Shown here: piece after piece, positions 9,731-22,837 of the stretch
Layout: each line of letters begins with the position of its first letter
Position numbering within the stretch: the first letter of the stretch is position 1
From: Candidatus Bathyarchaeota archaeon
GTDB lineage: Archaea; Thermoproteota; Bathyarchaeia; Bathyarchaeales; Bathycorpusculaceae
DNA length: 64,000 nucleotides
NCBI GenBank assembly: GCA_963815095.1
Contig: CAWFFH010000006.1
Span: 64,001 to 128,000, forward strand
Direction: 5' to 3'
Made by a program: the position numbers and the translations under genes
The notes under the pieces: model-generated
Told to the model about the DNA's origin: nothing
Database searches by the model: none
Seen by the model: only the letters and a program-made list of their open reading frames with translations

Positions 9731-10102
9731 ATGGCGCCTAAAAAACAATTCAATACCATAGATGAATACATAGCTACTTTCCCACAAAATATCCAGAAGA
9801 TTTTGGAAACGATTAGGCAAACAATCCATGAAGCTGCCCCCCAAGCAAAAGAAGCTATAAGCTATCAGATGCCCGCCTTCAAACAAAACGGAATTTTAGT
9901 GTGGTTTGCGGCGCACAAAAACCACATCGGATTTTACCCAAGAGTATCCGCTATCGAGACCTTCAAAGAGGAATTGCGCGATTATCAGGTAACTAAAGGC
10001 ACGGTTAAATTCTTCTTAGACAAGCCTATTCCTTATGATTTGTTGAAGAAAATGGTGATGTTTAGAGTTAAGGAAAACCGGGAGAGTAGTCAAAAAAAAT
10101 AA
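9731..10102 (+). CDS. DUF1801 / YdhG-like domain protein
   Basis: TIDEYIATFP..IRQTIHEAAPQAKEAISYQMPAF..FAAHKNHIGFYP..KGTVKF..PIPYDL. Confidence 0.9.
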   Translation: MAPKKQFNTIDEYIATFPQNIQKILETIRQTIHEAAPQAKEAISYQMPAFKQNGILVWFAAHKNHIGFYPRVSAIETFKEELRDYQVTKGTVKFFLDKPIPYDLLKKMVMFRVKENRESSQKK

Positions 10103-10139
10103 AAGAAATAAGAACAGAAAATTCTATCAGCTATTTTAG

Positions 10140-10637
10140 TTATGATGCTTTGCCGTCTTTGCAGAAGTAGATGTTTGGTCTAGCTTTGGCGAGGTTGAAG
10201 TCTTTAAAAACTTCGCATTCGCTGCAAATACACATCTTGCCGAAATCAAAGTCTTTGCATGGGGCAACCCCGTTGGCGCAGTAGGGTCCAGGCATATCTT
10301 CCGGTTTAGGAATCATCTTTAATGAACTATTATTTGACATGTTTTTCATCATTTCATTACTCATACTTTTTTGCTGCTCCCTCGACATTTTCATCATCAT
10401 TTCAGGAGTCATGTTCTTCATCATTTCAACGTTCTTCATCATTTCGGAACCTAAAATATCCTGCACATTTCCTGAGTTCATTTTATTTATCATGTCATTT
10501 CTTGCCAAAATTTTGGGTTTGGCGCATTCGCTGTTTTTTTGTACGGCGCAGTTAACACATTGGCACTTCGTTATTACATCATAAGTTAATGTTACTTTAG
10601 GCTGTGTTTTATGACCAAAAAAATCCAAAAAATTCAC
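10140..10637 (-). CDS. Cys-rich DUF2769-like protein with a Met-rich insertion
   Basis: CQCVNC..C ... YCANG..C..CICSECEV..YFCKDG pattern interrupted by a roughly 60 aa Met/Lys/Asn-rich segment. Confidence 0.65.
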   Translation of the reverse strand: MNFLDFFGHKTQPKVTLTYDVITKCQCVNCAVQKNSECAKPKILARNDMINKMNSGNVQDILGSEMMKNVEMMKNMTPEMMMKMSREQQKSMSNEMMKNMSNNSSLKMIPKPEDMPGPYCANGVAPCKDFDFGKMCICSECEVFKDFNLAKARPNIYFCKDGKAS

Positions 10638-10882
10638 CTTATTCCAATATAAAATATAAAAAAACCCTCAATTAAAGTTTGCTCCCGACGCTGTTTGGCT
10701 AACCTAAGGGGGTCAACGACTCTGAAAACCATGTTCTATATGTCCACACAGCCTTGATATTGGAACTCTACCCTTTTGAGGAAGGAACTTTGCGTTAGGC
10801 GTCAATATAGTTTAAAAGGGTGACCTTGTTAACTATTCTCTTGCAGGTTTTCCTGCGTTTATGAAAATGTGTTGGTGCCTGA

Positions 10883-11314
10883 ATGGGGATTAAACTTTCA
10901 AAGTCCGATATAGCGTTTATAAAACAGTTACCAGTTTGTCGTCTTGCAACCGCAACCGAAGAATGTGAACCCGTTGTGAGACCTATTTGGGCGATTTTTG
11001 ATGGAGCAAACATCTACTTTGCATCTGACCCTGACACCCCCAAATTGGAACATATAGAAGCAAACCCTCAGGTATCACTGGTCTTTGATGATTACGACCA
11101 AAAAAACTGGTCAACCATCAGAGGCGTCCGCGTTCAAGGCGAAGCAGAAATTATGTTAAATGGCAAAGAATACCGTTACGCTCATGATCTTCTTAAAGAA
11201 AAGTATCCTGAGTATGCGAGTCCTGAAGGCAGCTGGAAAGAAGGCGATGTGCCTATTATTAAGGTGATACCTACGACTTTTAATAAGTGGTCTTCAGGAA
11301 AATGGCAAAAATAG
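10883..11314 (+). CDS. Pyridoxamine 5'-phosphate oxidase-like (PPOX class, flavin/F420-binding split barrel)
   Basis: VCRLAT...P.VRPIW...KLEHIEANPQVSLVFDDY..W..RGVRVQGEA...LKEKYPEY. Confidence 0.85.
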   Translation: MGIKLSKSDIAFIKQLPVCRLATATEECEPVVRPIWAIFDGANIYFASDPDTPKLEHIEANPQVSLVFDDYDQKNWSTIRGVRVQGEAEIMLNGKEYRYAHDLLKEKYPEYASPEGSWKEGDVPIIKVIPTTFNKWSSGKWQK

Positions 11315-11437
11315 TTTTAATTTAACCAACAAACCACTTTTCAAATCTGTTTTTCGGGTTTTTCCTTTTTGACTAAAGCGTGCCTACGGAAAAGCTTATC
11401 CCTAAACTGTATCTTATAGCAGTTGAGGGCTCAGTCT

Positions 11438-12217
11438 ATGTCACTTGAATCAGGCAGAAAACTAGGGTTAATCGCAAGTTTAATACAGGTTATCTTGCCA
11501 ATTGTGGCGGTTGTCGGAATAGTTGCTTTAGTCATATCGGCATTAGTCGCATCAGTATCAAGAACCACCATGGGCATACCTGCCGCTCCAATTTTTGGGT
11601 TCTCAGTGGGTCTAGTTGTTTTCTTTATTGCTGTGGGCGGTTTAGCCCTTATCGGATTTACCCTCTTTTTAGTGTCGATGCACCGCCTATCCATTTATTA
11701 CAGTGAGCCGTCAATTTTCAAGAATGTGCTATACGCATTCATCGTGAGTATCGTTTCTGGGGTAGTCTTTTTTGTTTATGAATTTGTCTTTGGGTCCTGG
11801 TCATTTGGGGGTTCACAAACCGGAGCAACACCAGCCCTGCCCATTCTATCCATTTTTGGCGTATTAGGAATAAGTCTTGTCTTCAGCATAATCAACGCAG
11901 TTCTCTACATGCAGGCGTTTAACAAGTTAGCGGAGAAATCAGGCGTCGATAATTTCAAATCGACCGGCTTGCTGTACTTAATTGGAGTTTTGACGGCAAT
12001 CTTGTTTTTTGGCAGCTTGTTGGTTTGGATAGCATGGATTTTCGCCGCCCAGGGATTCAACAAACTTAAGCCAGCTCCAATAGTAACCCAAAATGGTTCC
12101 TACTTTACCCCACCGCCACCGTCAACTACGTTGCAAACCAAGCATTGCTCCAACTGCGGAACAGAAAATAGCGCCGACTCTCTTTACTGCACTCACTGCG
12201 GCAAACCACTACAATAG
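11438..12217 (+). CDS. DUF996-family membrane protein with C-terminal zinc ribbon
   Basis: Multiple TMs, LS.YY.EPSIFKN and LAEKSGVDNFKSTGLLYLIG motifs; CSNCG..YCTHCG. Confidence 0.85.
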   Translation: MSLESGRKLGLIASLIQVILPIVAVVGIVALVISALVASVSRTTMGIPAAPIFGFSVGLVVFFIAVGGLALIGFTLFLVSMHRLSIYYSEPSIFKNVLYAFIVSIVSGVVFFVYEFVFGSWSFGGSQTGATPALPILSIFGVLGISLVFSIINAVLYMQAFNKLAEKSGVDNFKSTGLLYLIGVLTAILFFGSLLVWIAWIFAAQGFNKLKPAPIVTQNGSYFTPPPPSTTLQTKHCSNCGTENSADSLYCTHCGKPLQ

Positions 12218-12327
12218 AAAATACGCGATAATCAAGCAAGCAATGGATTATTCCTTAAGGGCACTTGATTTTTACAAAAAATTTTATATCTCAGTGCCTT
12301 CTCCTTTTAAACACAAGTTGTGATTAT

Positions 12328-13308
12328 ATGGCAGTCAAAATTTCACCAGATTATATTGACCTTCTAAACAAGGCAGTCGAACGCGAAATTCAAGTTTCTC
12401 TCCAATATATTCTTCAACATTCAAAAATGGAGAAATTGGTCCGAAGAACCCTCCCTGAAAATATCCTTCTCGAGAAAACCACCTACGACGCAGTTGGAAA
12501 GATTCTCAGAGAAATCTCCATCCAGGAAATGAAACATGCCGCCGCAATAATCGAGCGCATCTATTACCTTGGCGGAAAAGCCTCAACTAAATCCAGCAAA
12601 ATTACTGTAGGCGACAGCATAAGCGAATTCGCTAAGCTGGGAGTAAAAGCAGAGGAAGAAGCCGTAACACTATATCGCGAAATCATCGATACTTCAGGTA
12701 AAATGGGCGATTGGGAAACTCGTGAGCTCTTCGAGAAAATCTACGGTGAAGAAGAGCAGCATCTGTTCAAATTCCAAGAATATACAAAGTTCCCTGACGA
12801 AAAGGAAGAACCGAGCAAAGTGCCGCTTCCTGAATGGCGCAAAATCTACACGGAAGAATATTTCACACTCCTAAACAAAGCGGTTTCCGCTGAAATCGCA
12901 GGCATCATCCAGTACACTAACCAGCATGAGAAAATGGCATTGCTTGAACTCAGGATGAAGAACACATCACTTGAAACAATCACGGAATCCAACAAAGCAG
13001 CAGTCGTGAGCAAAATCCTCAAAGAAGTCTTCATGCAAGAAATGGATCACCTCGAAAAAATCAGTGAACGCATATACTTGCTCGAAGGGGAAGCGGTCTG
13101 GAAACCAGATCCATTGCCAGTTGTCGGCAACACTGCGCAGGAATTCCTTGTCTTAGACCACGCATTGGAAAGTAGCGCAATAACGCTCTACCGCCAAATT
13201 ATCGCGGAAGCACTCAAACGCGGCGACACAACCACCAGACGCATGTTCGAAGACATCATTATCCAAGAAGAAAATCACTTCTGGACCTTCGACGACTTCG
13301 TAAGATAA
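12328..13308 (+). CDS. Tandem two-domain bacterioferritin/ferritin-like protein
   Basis: Two repeats: LLNKAV..EI...QY..QH, QEMKH/QEMDH..ERIY.L.G, E..A.TLYR.II, G.D..TR..FE.I...EE.H. Confidence 0.85.
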   Translation: MAVKISPDYIDLLNKAVEREIQVSLQYILQHSKMEKLVRRTLPENILLEKTTYDAVGKILREISIQEMKHAAAIIERIYYLGGKASTKSSKITVGDSISEFAKLGVKAEEEAVTLYREIIDTSGKMGDWETRELFEKIYGEEEQHLFKFQEYTKFPDEKEEPSKVPLPEWRKIYTEEYFTLLNKAVSAEIAGIIQYTNQHEKMALLELRMKNTSLETITESNKAAVVSKILKEVFMQEMDHLEKISERIYLLEGEAVWKPDPLPVVGNTAQEFLVLDHALESSAITLYRQIIAEALKRGDTTTRRMFEDIIIQEENHFWTFDDFVR

Positions 13309-13515
13309 AAACCAAAAATTTTCTTTCCCTGTTTTCTTAGGGTTATTTTTTAATCTTTTTTCAACTATTTTCTAAGATAGTACAGCGTTGATTTTTTACT
13401 AATACGACCGATCTTCTTAGGATTCTGACCTCTTTCAGTGTTTCTTTAATAATTGGCATATTAGGCTCCACACAGGAATTCTAAAGCACCTGGAAACGAT
13501 TACTGCTTTTTTTTG

Positions 13516-14877
13516 TCAGCTTTTGTATGTTCTTCTTCTTTTTATTACAAGAGTAACCAAAACAATTAGCAAGACTATTATCACGATCAACGCGGCGAGA
13601 ATGCCGAGTTCAAATCCGTTAATTCCACTGGAAATAGAAGTTTGGGTTTGGTTGGGTGATAAGGTTGTGGTCGAGAACAAAGTTGTTTCAGGAGTTGGGG
13701 TGTCGGTTGGCTGTGTGATTGGCGTTGGAGCTATTGAGGTTACGGCTAAAGGAAGTGGCATTGCCGCGTTTGGGTTTGGGGCTGCTTGGATGTTTGGGCT
13801 GTCTAAAACTGGCTGAAAATTCACTGTGCCCAAGTTAAAATCGCTTTTGCCATCAAATATTGTTTGATTGATGACTGATTGATCGGTTGTTCCCCACCAG
13901 TTATTTGAGGCATTGAGGTCTGTGGTTTCGCCTATTGCAAAATAAATACTGTAATTTAAATTATCTTGCAAATTGTTGTTTTGAAACGCTAGGTACTGGG
14001 CTTCCCCAATAATTTTGACTCCGATCGAGTTTTTCGAAATTGTGTTGCTATTTATTGAGGGGTTAATGACTCCATAAGTAAATGCTGGATAAATTTCCAT
14101 ATGGATTCCTTCAGTGTTGCCCGATATTTTGTTTCGTTCAAGAACCTCATTTGGAGGAATACTCCCGGCAAGCGCCTGATGGGAAGTATATAGGTAAACA
14201 CCGTAATTGCAATTAAAAATACTGTTGTCAACAATCAAAGCATAACCTGTTGATGAAATTCCAGTCTTGAGGTAATTTGAACCACCAAAAATCTTGTTAC
14301 TTGCAATAACGGGATAGCCTGACAAAGTGCCTCCTGCACTACTAACGGTGCCTGAAATTGTATTATTCCAAACCACGGTGGTTCCTGTAATATAGACAGA
14401 GCCTACGATTATATTGTTTGAAATTATTGATGCATCACTAACACTAATATCCCCTTTAATGTAATCGTTATCAAGTTTAATCGCATGGTAAATATTAGTA
14501 ACTGAAACAGAGTTCAAGTTTGCATTCTCGATTATGCAGCCAGTTTGAGTCTGTTCATTCCAACCGGTACTATCATGAGTAAACTTGATGTTTCCCGTAT
14601 TGAATTTGATTGGATTAGAAATGACGCCGTAAGCTTGGATACTGCCCTCGACTTGGATGTAAAAATTGTTTAGGTTGACGACAACTCCCTGTTCGATTGT
14701 TAATGTTACTCCAGTCTTCACGTTTATGGGTCCAGTAAGATTGTATGGACTATTTTCTGAAGTCCATGTAATGTCAGAAGTTATTGCGCCTATTGTGTCA
14801 GTTGCCTGTACATTGCTGAAGACAAATGATGCGGTAATTAAGCTTGCAACAATAAAAGCAATTAGAAGTATTCTCAT
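13516..14877 (-). CDS. Secreted right-handed beta-helix protein with P/T-rich linker and C-terminal TM anchor
   Basis: WTSENSPYNLTG..V..GVTLTIEQGV, repeated N-x-I-x-x-N, NASNNWWGT, TM plus KRRR. Confidence 0.85.
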   Translation of the reverse strand: MRILLIAFIVASLITASFVFSNVQATDTIGAITSDITWTSENSPYNLTGPINVKTGVTLTIEQGVVVNLNNFYIQVEGSIQAYGVISNPIKFNTGNIKFTHDSTGWNEQTQTGCIIENANLNSVSVTNIYHAIKLDNDYIKGDISVSDASIISNNIIVGSVYITGTTVVWNNTISGTVSSAGGTLSGYPVIASNKIFGGSNYLKTGISSTGYALIVDNSIFNCNYGVYLYTSHQALAGSIPPNEVLERNKISGNTEGIHMEIYPAFTYGVINPSINSNTISKNSIGVKIIGEAQYLAFQNNNLQDNLNYSIYFAIGETTDLNASNNWWGTTDQSVINQTIFDGKSDFNLGTVNFQPVLDSPNIQAAPNPNAAMPLPLAVTSIAPTPITQPTDTPTPETTLFSTTTLSPNQTQTSISSGINGFELGILAALIVIIVLLIVLVTLVIKRRRTYKS

Positions 14878-15122
14878 CAAAGCTATCCAATACAAATTGG
14901 TTGACTGCAAATATTAAATTATTCGGAAAGCTTTTCAAAAAACTTAAATTCCTTAAACTACCAGATTAAGGATAGCCGCTTTAACAAAGGATGAATCAAA
15001 AAAATCATCCTAGTTACACAAACTGCGGAAACTTTATCGACAACTGCAACTGCTGTATAAGCAAAGATAAAGTAACAGGCGGACGAACTCCGTAAAAAGA
15101 AATTTTCGAACGTGAGACAAAA

Positions 15123-18000
<2,878 letters not shown>

Positions 18001-18107
18001 CTTTACTCGTTTAATGAGAGAAACTGTAAGGAGCTTCTCCTTTCTCCTCAAGGCACATAACTATTCTTCAGCATATAAACCGCTATTTCCACACTCGACA
18101 TATATCA

Positions 18108-18476
18108 CTAAGGCTTTTCAGGTTCATCATCGAAGTAGCAGGCTTCCTTAAACCGCGGAGTGCAAACACAGTAGAATACTAGGTCCGTTTGACCTGTGCT
18201 GGTTATTTTTTGGGATGCCCCAGTGGGAATAACAACAACGTCGCCAGCCCTCACCATGATTGGTTCTAAGCCGCTAAAAGCAACCTTGCCCTCTCCGGCT
18301 GTTATGATGTAAATTTCCTGGATGCCTTCTAGGTGATGCGCTCTGGTTGTTACGCCTGGTTTTACTGTAGCTATGGCAATTGAAACGTCTTTGTCGCTGA
18401 AATTTTCGGCAATGGTGCAGCGTTCTGGCGTTAAATATGGTTTTAGAGAATCGGCTTTTACGATTTTTGGCTGCAA
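18108..18476 (-). CDS. Cupin domain protein
   Basis: PG..TRAHHL...EIY.I..GEG; GDVVVIP.G; FYCVCTPRF. Confidence 0.85.
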   Translation of the reverse strand: MQPKIVKADSLKPYLTPERCTIAENFSDKDVSIAIATVKPGVTTRAHHLEGIQEIYIITAGEGKVAFSGLEPIMVRAGDVVVIPTGASQKITSTGQTDLVFYCVCTPRFKEACYFDDEPEKP

Positions 18477-18700
18477 GTTTTCACCGTGTCTTATGGTTGA
18501 TTTAGTAAGATAAAAGGTAACTGTAGATTATGTGTGTTTTTTATTATATTGTTTGCGCAAGCCTTAACCTAAGATGTATTTGCTTGAAAAGGGGGGGTTT
18601 GGCGTAAAAGGGCTGTTTTTGGATTTTTTTATTTTGTGTTTTTTGTTTAAACTTTATGGAGTTTTGTATGGGTTTGTTGGTTGTATTGTATGTTTAATGT

Positions 18701-18765
18701 GAAAACACCTTATATATGCGCTAAATGTAGTGTGTAGATTGAGCACTTAACACTATACGTGTATC
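18701..18765 (+). promoter_or_regulatory. BRE/TATA promoter with two tandem NrdR-box-like sites (18718-18733, 18750-18765)
   Basis: gaaaacacc-TTATATAT then gcgCtAaATgTaGtgt and acaCtAtAcgTgtatc, 32 bp apart; bacterial consensus acaCwAtATaTwGtgt. Confidence 0.65.
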
Positions 18766-18788
18766 ATCAGATTGAGTATGTTAAACCT

Positions 18789-19238
18789 ATGAGATGTCCC
18801 TACTGCAACTCGGAAAATTCAAAAACCCTCGAAACACGCGACTCCCCAGAAAACACCACACGCAGGCGAAGAGAATGTATCAACTGCGCCAAACGCTATA
18901 CAACCTACGAGTACCTCGAAACCGTGGAAATCATGGTGAGAAAAAAAGACGGCGAACTCCAACGCTTCGACGTAAACAAAATAATCCGCGGCTTGCAGAA
19001 AGCGTGCGAAAAAAGACCAGTAAACATGAGCCAAATCAACTCGTTAGCAGAACAAGTACGCCAAGATCTTATGCTTAAAGGCACCGAAGAAGTTGCATCT
19101 GGTGAAATCGGCGATTTAATCATGAAATATCTAAAAAATGTGGACCGCATTGCGTACATTCGGTTCGCTTCAGTTTACAAAGAGTTTGAAGAGCCTGAAG
19201 ACTTCAGGAAATTACTCTTGGAAGTGAAAAAACAATGA
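18789..19238 (+). CDS. nrdR: Transcriptional repressor NrdR
   Basis: MRCPYC..ETRD..RRRRECINC.KRYTTYE Zn ribbon, ATP cone (VRKKDG), AYIRFASVY. Confidence 0.95.
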   Translation: MRCPYCNSENSKTLETRDSPENTTRRRRECINCAKRYTTYEYLETVEIMVRKKDGELQRFDVNKIIRGLQKACEKRPVNMSQINSLAEQVRQDLMLKGTEEVASGEIGDLIMKYLKNVDRIAYIRFASVYKEFEEPEDFRKLLLEVKKQ

Positions 19239-21361
19239 AGTTTGTACTAAAACGTGATAGTAAATTAGAACCCTTCGATCAAGAACGAATTACAACTGCT
19301 ATTTGGAAAGCCGCTAAAGCAGTAGGCGGAAGAGACAAAGAACAAGCCAAACGCATCAGCGATGAAGTCGTAGCTCTACTAAACAAGCAATACGGCGACG
19401 ATGCCGTACCTACAGTTGAAGAAGTTCAAGACCTCGTTGAAAAACGCTTAATCGAAAACGGACACGCTTCAACAGCGAAAGCCTACATCCTCTACCGTAA
19501 ACAACACACTGATATGCGTGAGTTAGCGGCGCTTTTGAGTTCTTCAGACATGGTAGATCAATACCTTGAGGTTGAGGACTGGCGCGTAAAAGAGAACAGC
19601 AACATGAGCTACTCGCTCCAAGGTTTGAACAATTACCTTTCATCCACTGTCATTGCCAAATATTGGATTGCCCGAATTTACCCCTCAAAGATTGCTGAAT
19701 CCCATTTCTCAGGCGACATACATATTCACGATTTAGGCGTGCTTGGCCCTTATTGTGTCGGCTGGGACGTAAGTGATCTGTTACTTTCAGGCTTTGGCGG
19801 AGTAGCAGGAAAGATAGAAAGCAAACCTGCAAAACACTTCCGCACTGCCCTTGGACAAGTGGTAAACTTCTTCTACACCTTACAAGGAGAAGCAGCAGGA
19901 GCACAAGCATTTAGCAATTTTGACACATACCTGGCTCCTTTCATACGTTATGATCACTTAACACAGAAGGACGTGGAGCAGGCGTTACAGGAATTCTTCT
20001 TCAACATGAACGTGCCAACCCGCGTCGGCTTCCAAACACCCTTCACTAACCTAACATTGGATTTGACGGTTCCAGACTTCATGAAGAATGAAGCTGTCCT
20101 TTACAACGGCAAAGTTACCCAGGACACATACGGCGACATGACTAAAGAAATGGAAATGTTCAACTTAGCCTTCGCCGAAGGTATGCGCCAAGGCGATTCC
20201 AAAGGCAGAGTCTTCACTTTTCCAATCCCAACCTACAACATCACAAAAGACTTCGACTGGGATTCACCGGTTTCGCAGGCAATCTTTGAAGTAACTGCCA
20301 AATACGGAGTCCCATACTTCAGCAACTTCGTTAACAGCGACATGAAGCCTGAAGATGTACGCAGCATGTGCTGTCGTTTACGTATCGATAACCGTGAACT
20401 TCGAAAGAGAGGAGGCGGCTTTTTCGGCGCTAACCCCTTGACGGGCAGCATCGGCGTAGTTACCTTGAACCTTCCAAGAATCGGCTACCTATCCAAAAAC
20501 GAAGACGAATTCTTCGAGCGGCTCGTAACTTTAATGGAGACAGCTAAATCCAGCTTGGAAATTAAACGTAAAGTGCTTGAAGCATTCACAGATAATGGTT
20601 TGTACCCCTATTCAAAGCGCTACCTGCGGCATGTTAAGGAAGGCTATGACAAGTTCTGGAAGAATCACTTCTCCACCATAGGCATTGTCGGCGTTAACGA
20701 AGCAATCATAAACTTGCTGGGACAAGACATTGCCTCCAAAGATGGACAAGCCTTCGCCATGAAGATGCTCACGTTCATGCGTGACCGCTTAGCAGATTAC
20801 CAAGAGGAGACAGGCTGCATCTACAACCTTGAAGCCACTCCAGCCGAAGGAACATCCTATCGTCTTGCACGATTAGACAAAAAACGCTACCGAGACATTA
20901 TATTCGCTAACCAGAAACAAATCAATGCAAACCACGCAGAACCTTTCTACACTAACTCTTCCCAGTTACCAGTGGACTTCTCAGGCGACCTCTTCGACGC
21001 GCTTGAACACCAAGAAACCTTGCAATCACTCTACACAGGCGGTACAGTATTCCATATTTTCCTTGGCGAACGCTTGCAATCATGGAAATCAGCCGCAGAA
21101 CTAATCAAGAAAGTCGCATGGAACTCAAAGCTGCCTTACTTCACTTTGACGCCAACTTTCAGTGTTTGCCCAACTCACGGCTACACCAGCGGCGAACACA
21201 GACTCTGCCCCGTCTGCCAAGCACCAAGCGAAGTCTACTCACGAGTCGTCGGGTACCTGCGACCAATTGACCAATGGAACGATGGAAAACAAGCAGAATT
21301 TGACATACGCAAAACCTTCGACCGCTCAACAGTAATAAAATCTGCGCCCCTAACAGCTTAA
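19235..21361 (+). CDS. nrdD: Anaerobic (class III) ribonucleoside-triphosphate reductase
   Basis: N-terminal ATP cone, HIHDL, FTFPIPT, SMCCRL, ATPAEG, CPTH..CPVC, YSRVVGYLRP glycyl-radical motif. Confidence 0.95.
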   Translation: MKFVLKRDSKLEPFDQERITTAIWKAAKAVGGRDKEQAKRISDEVVALLNKQYGDDAVPTVEEVQDLVEKRLIENGHASTAKAYILYRKQHTDMRELAALLSSSDMVDQYLEVEDWRVKENSNMSYSLQGLNNYLSSTVIAKYWIARIYPSKIAESHFSGDIHIHDLGVLGPYCVGWDVSDLLLSGFGGVAGKIESKPAKHFRTALGQVVNFFYTLQGEAAGAQAFSNFDTYLAPFIRYDHLTQKDVEQALQEFFFNMNVPTRVGFQTPFTNLTLDLTVPDFMKNEAVLYNGKVTQDTYGDMTKEMEMFNLAFAEGMRQGDSKGRVFTFPIPTYNITKDFDWDSPVSQAIFEVTAKYGVPYFSNFVNSDMKPEDVRSMCCRLRIDNRELRKRGGGFFGANPLTGSIGVVTLNLPRIGYLSKNEDEFFERLVTLMETAKSSLEIKRKVLEAFTDNGLYPYSKRYLRHVKEGYDKFWKNHFSTIGIVGVNEAIINLLGQDIASKDGQAFAMKMLTFMRDRLADYQEETGCIYNLEATPAEGTSYRLARLDKKRYRDIIFANQKQINANHAEPFYTNSSQLPVDFSGDLFDALEHQETLQSLYTGGTVFHIFLGERLQSWKSAAELIKKVAWNSKLPYFTLTPTFSVCPTHGYTSGEHRLCPVCQAPSEVYSRVVGYLRPIDQWNDGKQAEFDIRKTFDRSTVIKSAPLTA

Positions 21362-21376
21362 GGAGAAAATATCTGA

Positions 21377-22054
21377 ATGAAGTTTAGCGGACTACAAAAA
21401 ATCAGTCTCGTCGACTACCCCGATAGGATAGCGTCAGTTCTGTTTACACCCGGGTGCAACCTTCGCTGCCCCTTCTGCCACAACTGGCGCATCGCTGTTG
21501 ACCCTCAACCGCCTTTTCTGCAGGAAGGCGTGGCATTAGAGATTTTGGAGAGTCGCAAAAAATACGTTGATGCAGTCGTGGTCACTGGAGGGGAACCGTG
21601 CATGCATAAGGAACTGCCTAAATTCTTAGCTAAACTCAAAGAGCGAGGTTTCATGGTAAAGTTAGATACGAACGGGTTCTTCCCAAATGTACTTGAAGAA
21701 TGCTTAGGTCATGTGGATTTTGTTGCTATGGATGTTAAAACCTGCAGTGACAAATACAAGTTGCTGGGCGCTAAAGAAACGACTGGTTTGATGCATACTA
21801 TGGAAATCCTGAAAACGGGTAAAGTGCCCTATGAATTTCGCACAACCGTTGTTCCTGAACTTGTCACGGCGCAGGATGCCACGTGCATTGGAGAGATGGT
21901 TAAAGGCTCAAAAACCCATGCGCTCCAACAATTTGTTCCACAGGACACATTGGACAAACGATATCAAACATTCAAGCCCTATGCACCCGAGACAATCACT
22001 GAATTTGCAAAATTAATTCAGCCCTTCACCGAAAAAGTGGTTGTCCGCATCTAA
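21377..22054 (+). CDS. nrdG: Class III RNR activating enzyme (radical SAM)
   Basis: GCNLRCPFCHN, TGGEP, KLDTNG, YEFRTT; directly after nrdD. Confidence 0.92.
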   Translation: MKFSGLQKISLVDYPDRIASVLFTPGCNLRCPFCHNWRIAVDPQPPFLQEGVALEILESRKKYVDAVVVTGGEPCMHKELPKFLAKLKERGFMVKLDTNGFFPNVLEECLGHVDFVAMDVKTCSDKYKLLGAKETTGLMHTMEILKTGKVPYEFRTTVVPELVTAQDATCIGEMVKGSKTHALQQFVPQDTLDKRYQTFKPYAPETITEFAKLIQPFTEKVVVRI

Positions 22055-22316
22055 CTCTCTGTAGGGCGGACGTTGCCTTTTACCACAAGGCTAATTCCCA
22101 AGTTAGAATACTTAGAAGTAGTCGGCGCTAAGGCCCATAGGACTACTACTTCTATTTGAAAGAGAGAGGATCATTTTAGTTGAATGGTGACCGAAAAAAA
22201 TCTTGGTCCTTATCTATTACTGATATACTTGTTTTGCCCAAGGTGATATTTAGCGTTGAGGAGGTTCTAAAAGATCTGAATGCCTCTTTGGTTAGTTCTT
22301 CACTTGTTGGTTTTTG

Positions 22317-22837
22317 TCATTTCTTGAAGAATTTATCTATCACCAGATTTAGATGATAGAGGTAGTCTTCTTCGGGTCCAACGTATGTTTGAACCACCAA
22401 CATGGCCCTTTCTTTGATTTCGGCCTCTGAGACGTTTGCCTTCTTGATGCAGGCTTCGATGTCTTGCAAATCCCTGTGTCGTTTAGTCGTCCAATTTTGG
22501 TTACGATTATATCGACTGGTTGAAGAGCCCTCAGCACAATGTGGCTGAATTCTTTGATTTTGATGCTTTTCTCCAAGTAATCTTTGGGCAGTGTTTGGCA
22601 GAATATGCATCCGTCTGTCCATCGGTCAACTTTGTAGCCTGGCGGATTGCTTTTCAGAGCTTGCTCAAATTCTAGTCTATCGCAACCTGGAATTGTAAAG
22701 TCGATATCGATTGTTGAGGTTTTTAGGTCCAGCAGAGTCATGGCTGTCCCGCCTGCAGCGACGAGGGTGATCTTTTTAGTCAGGTCCTCGTTTAGTACGC
22801 TTAGAAAGTCAAAGAGGGAGTTTTTGTCACAGGGCAT
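22317..22837 (-). CDS. AbiEii/DUF6036-like nucleotidyltransferase (frameshift near 22476)
   Basis: LVAAGGTAM..L...STIDIDF motif; rejoining frames restores KIGRLND-RDLQDI and ends ...DKFFKK* at 22317. Confidence 0.75.

Noticed and set aside
18530-18700. G/T-rich low-complexity tract upstream of nrdR
   Set aside because: No periodic repeat unit or ORF; treated as compositional bias.
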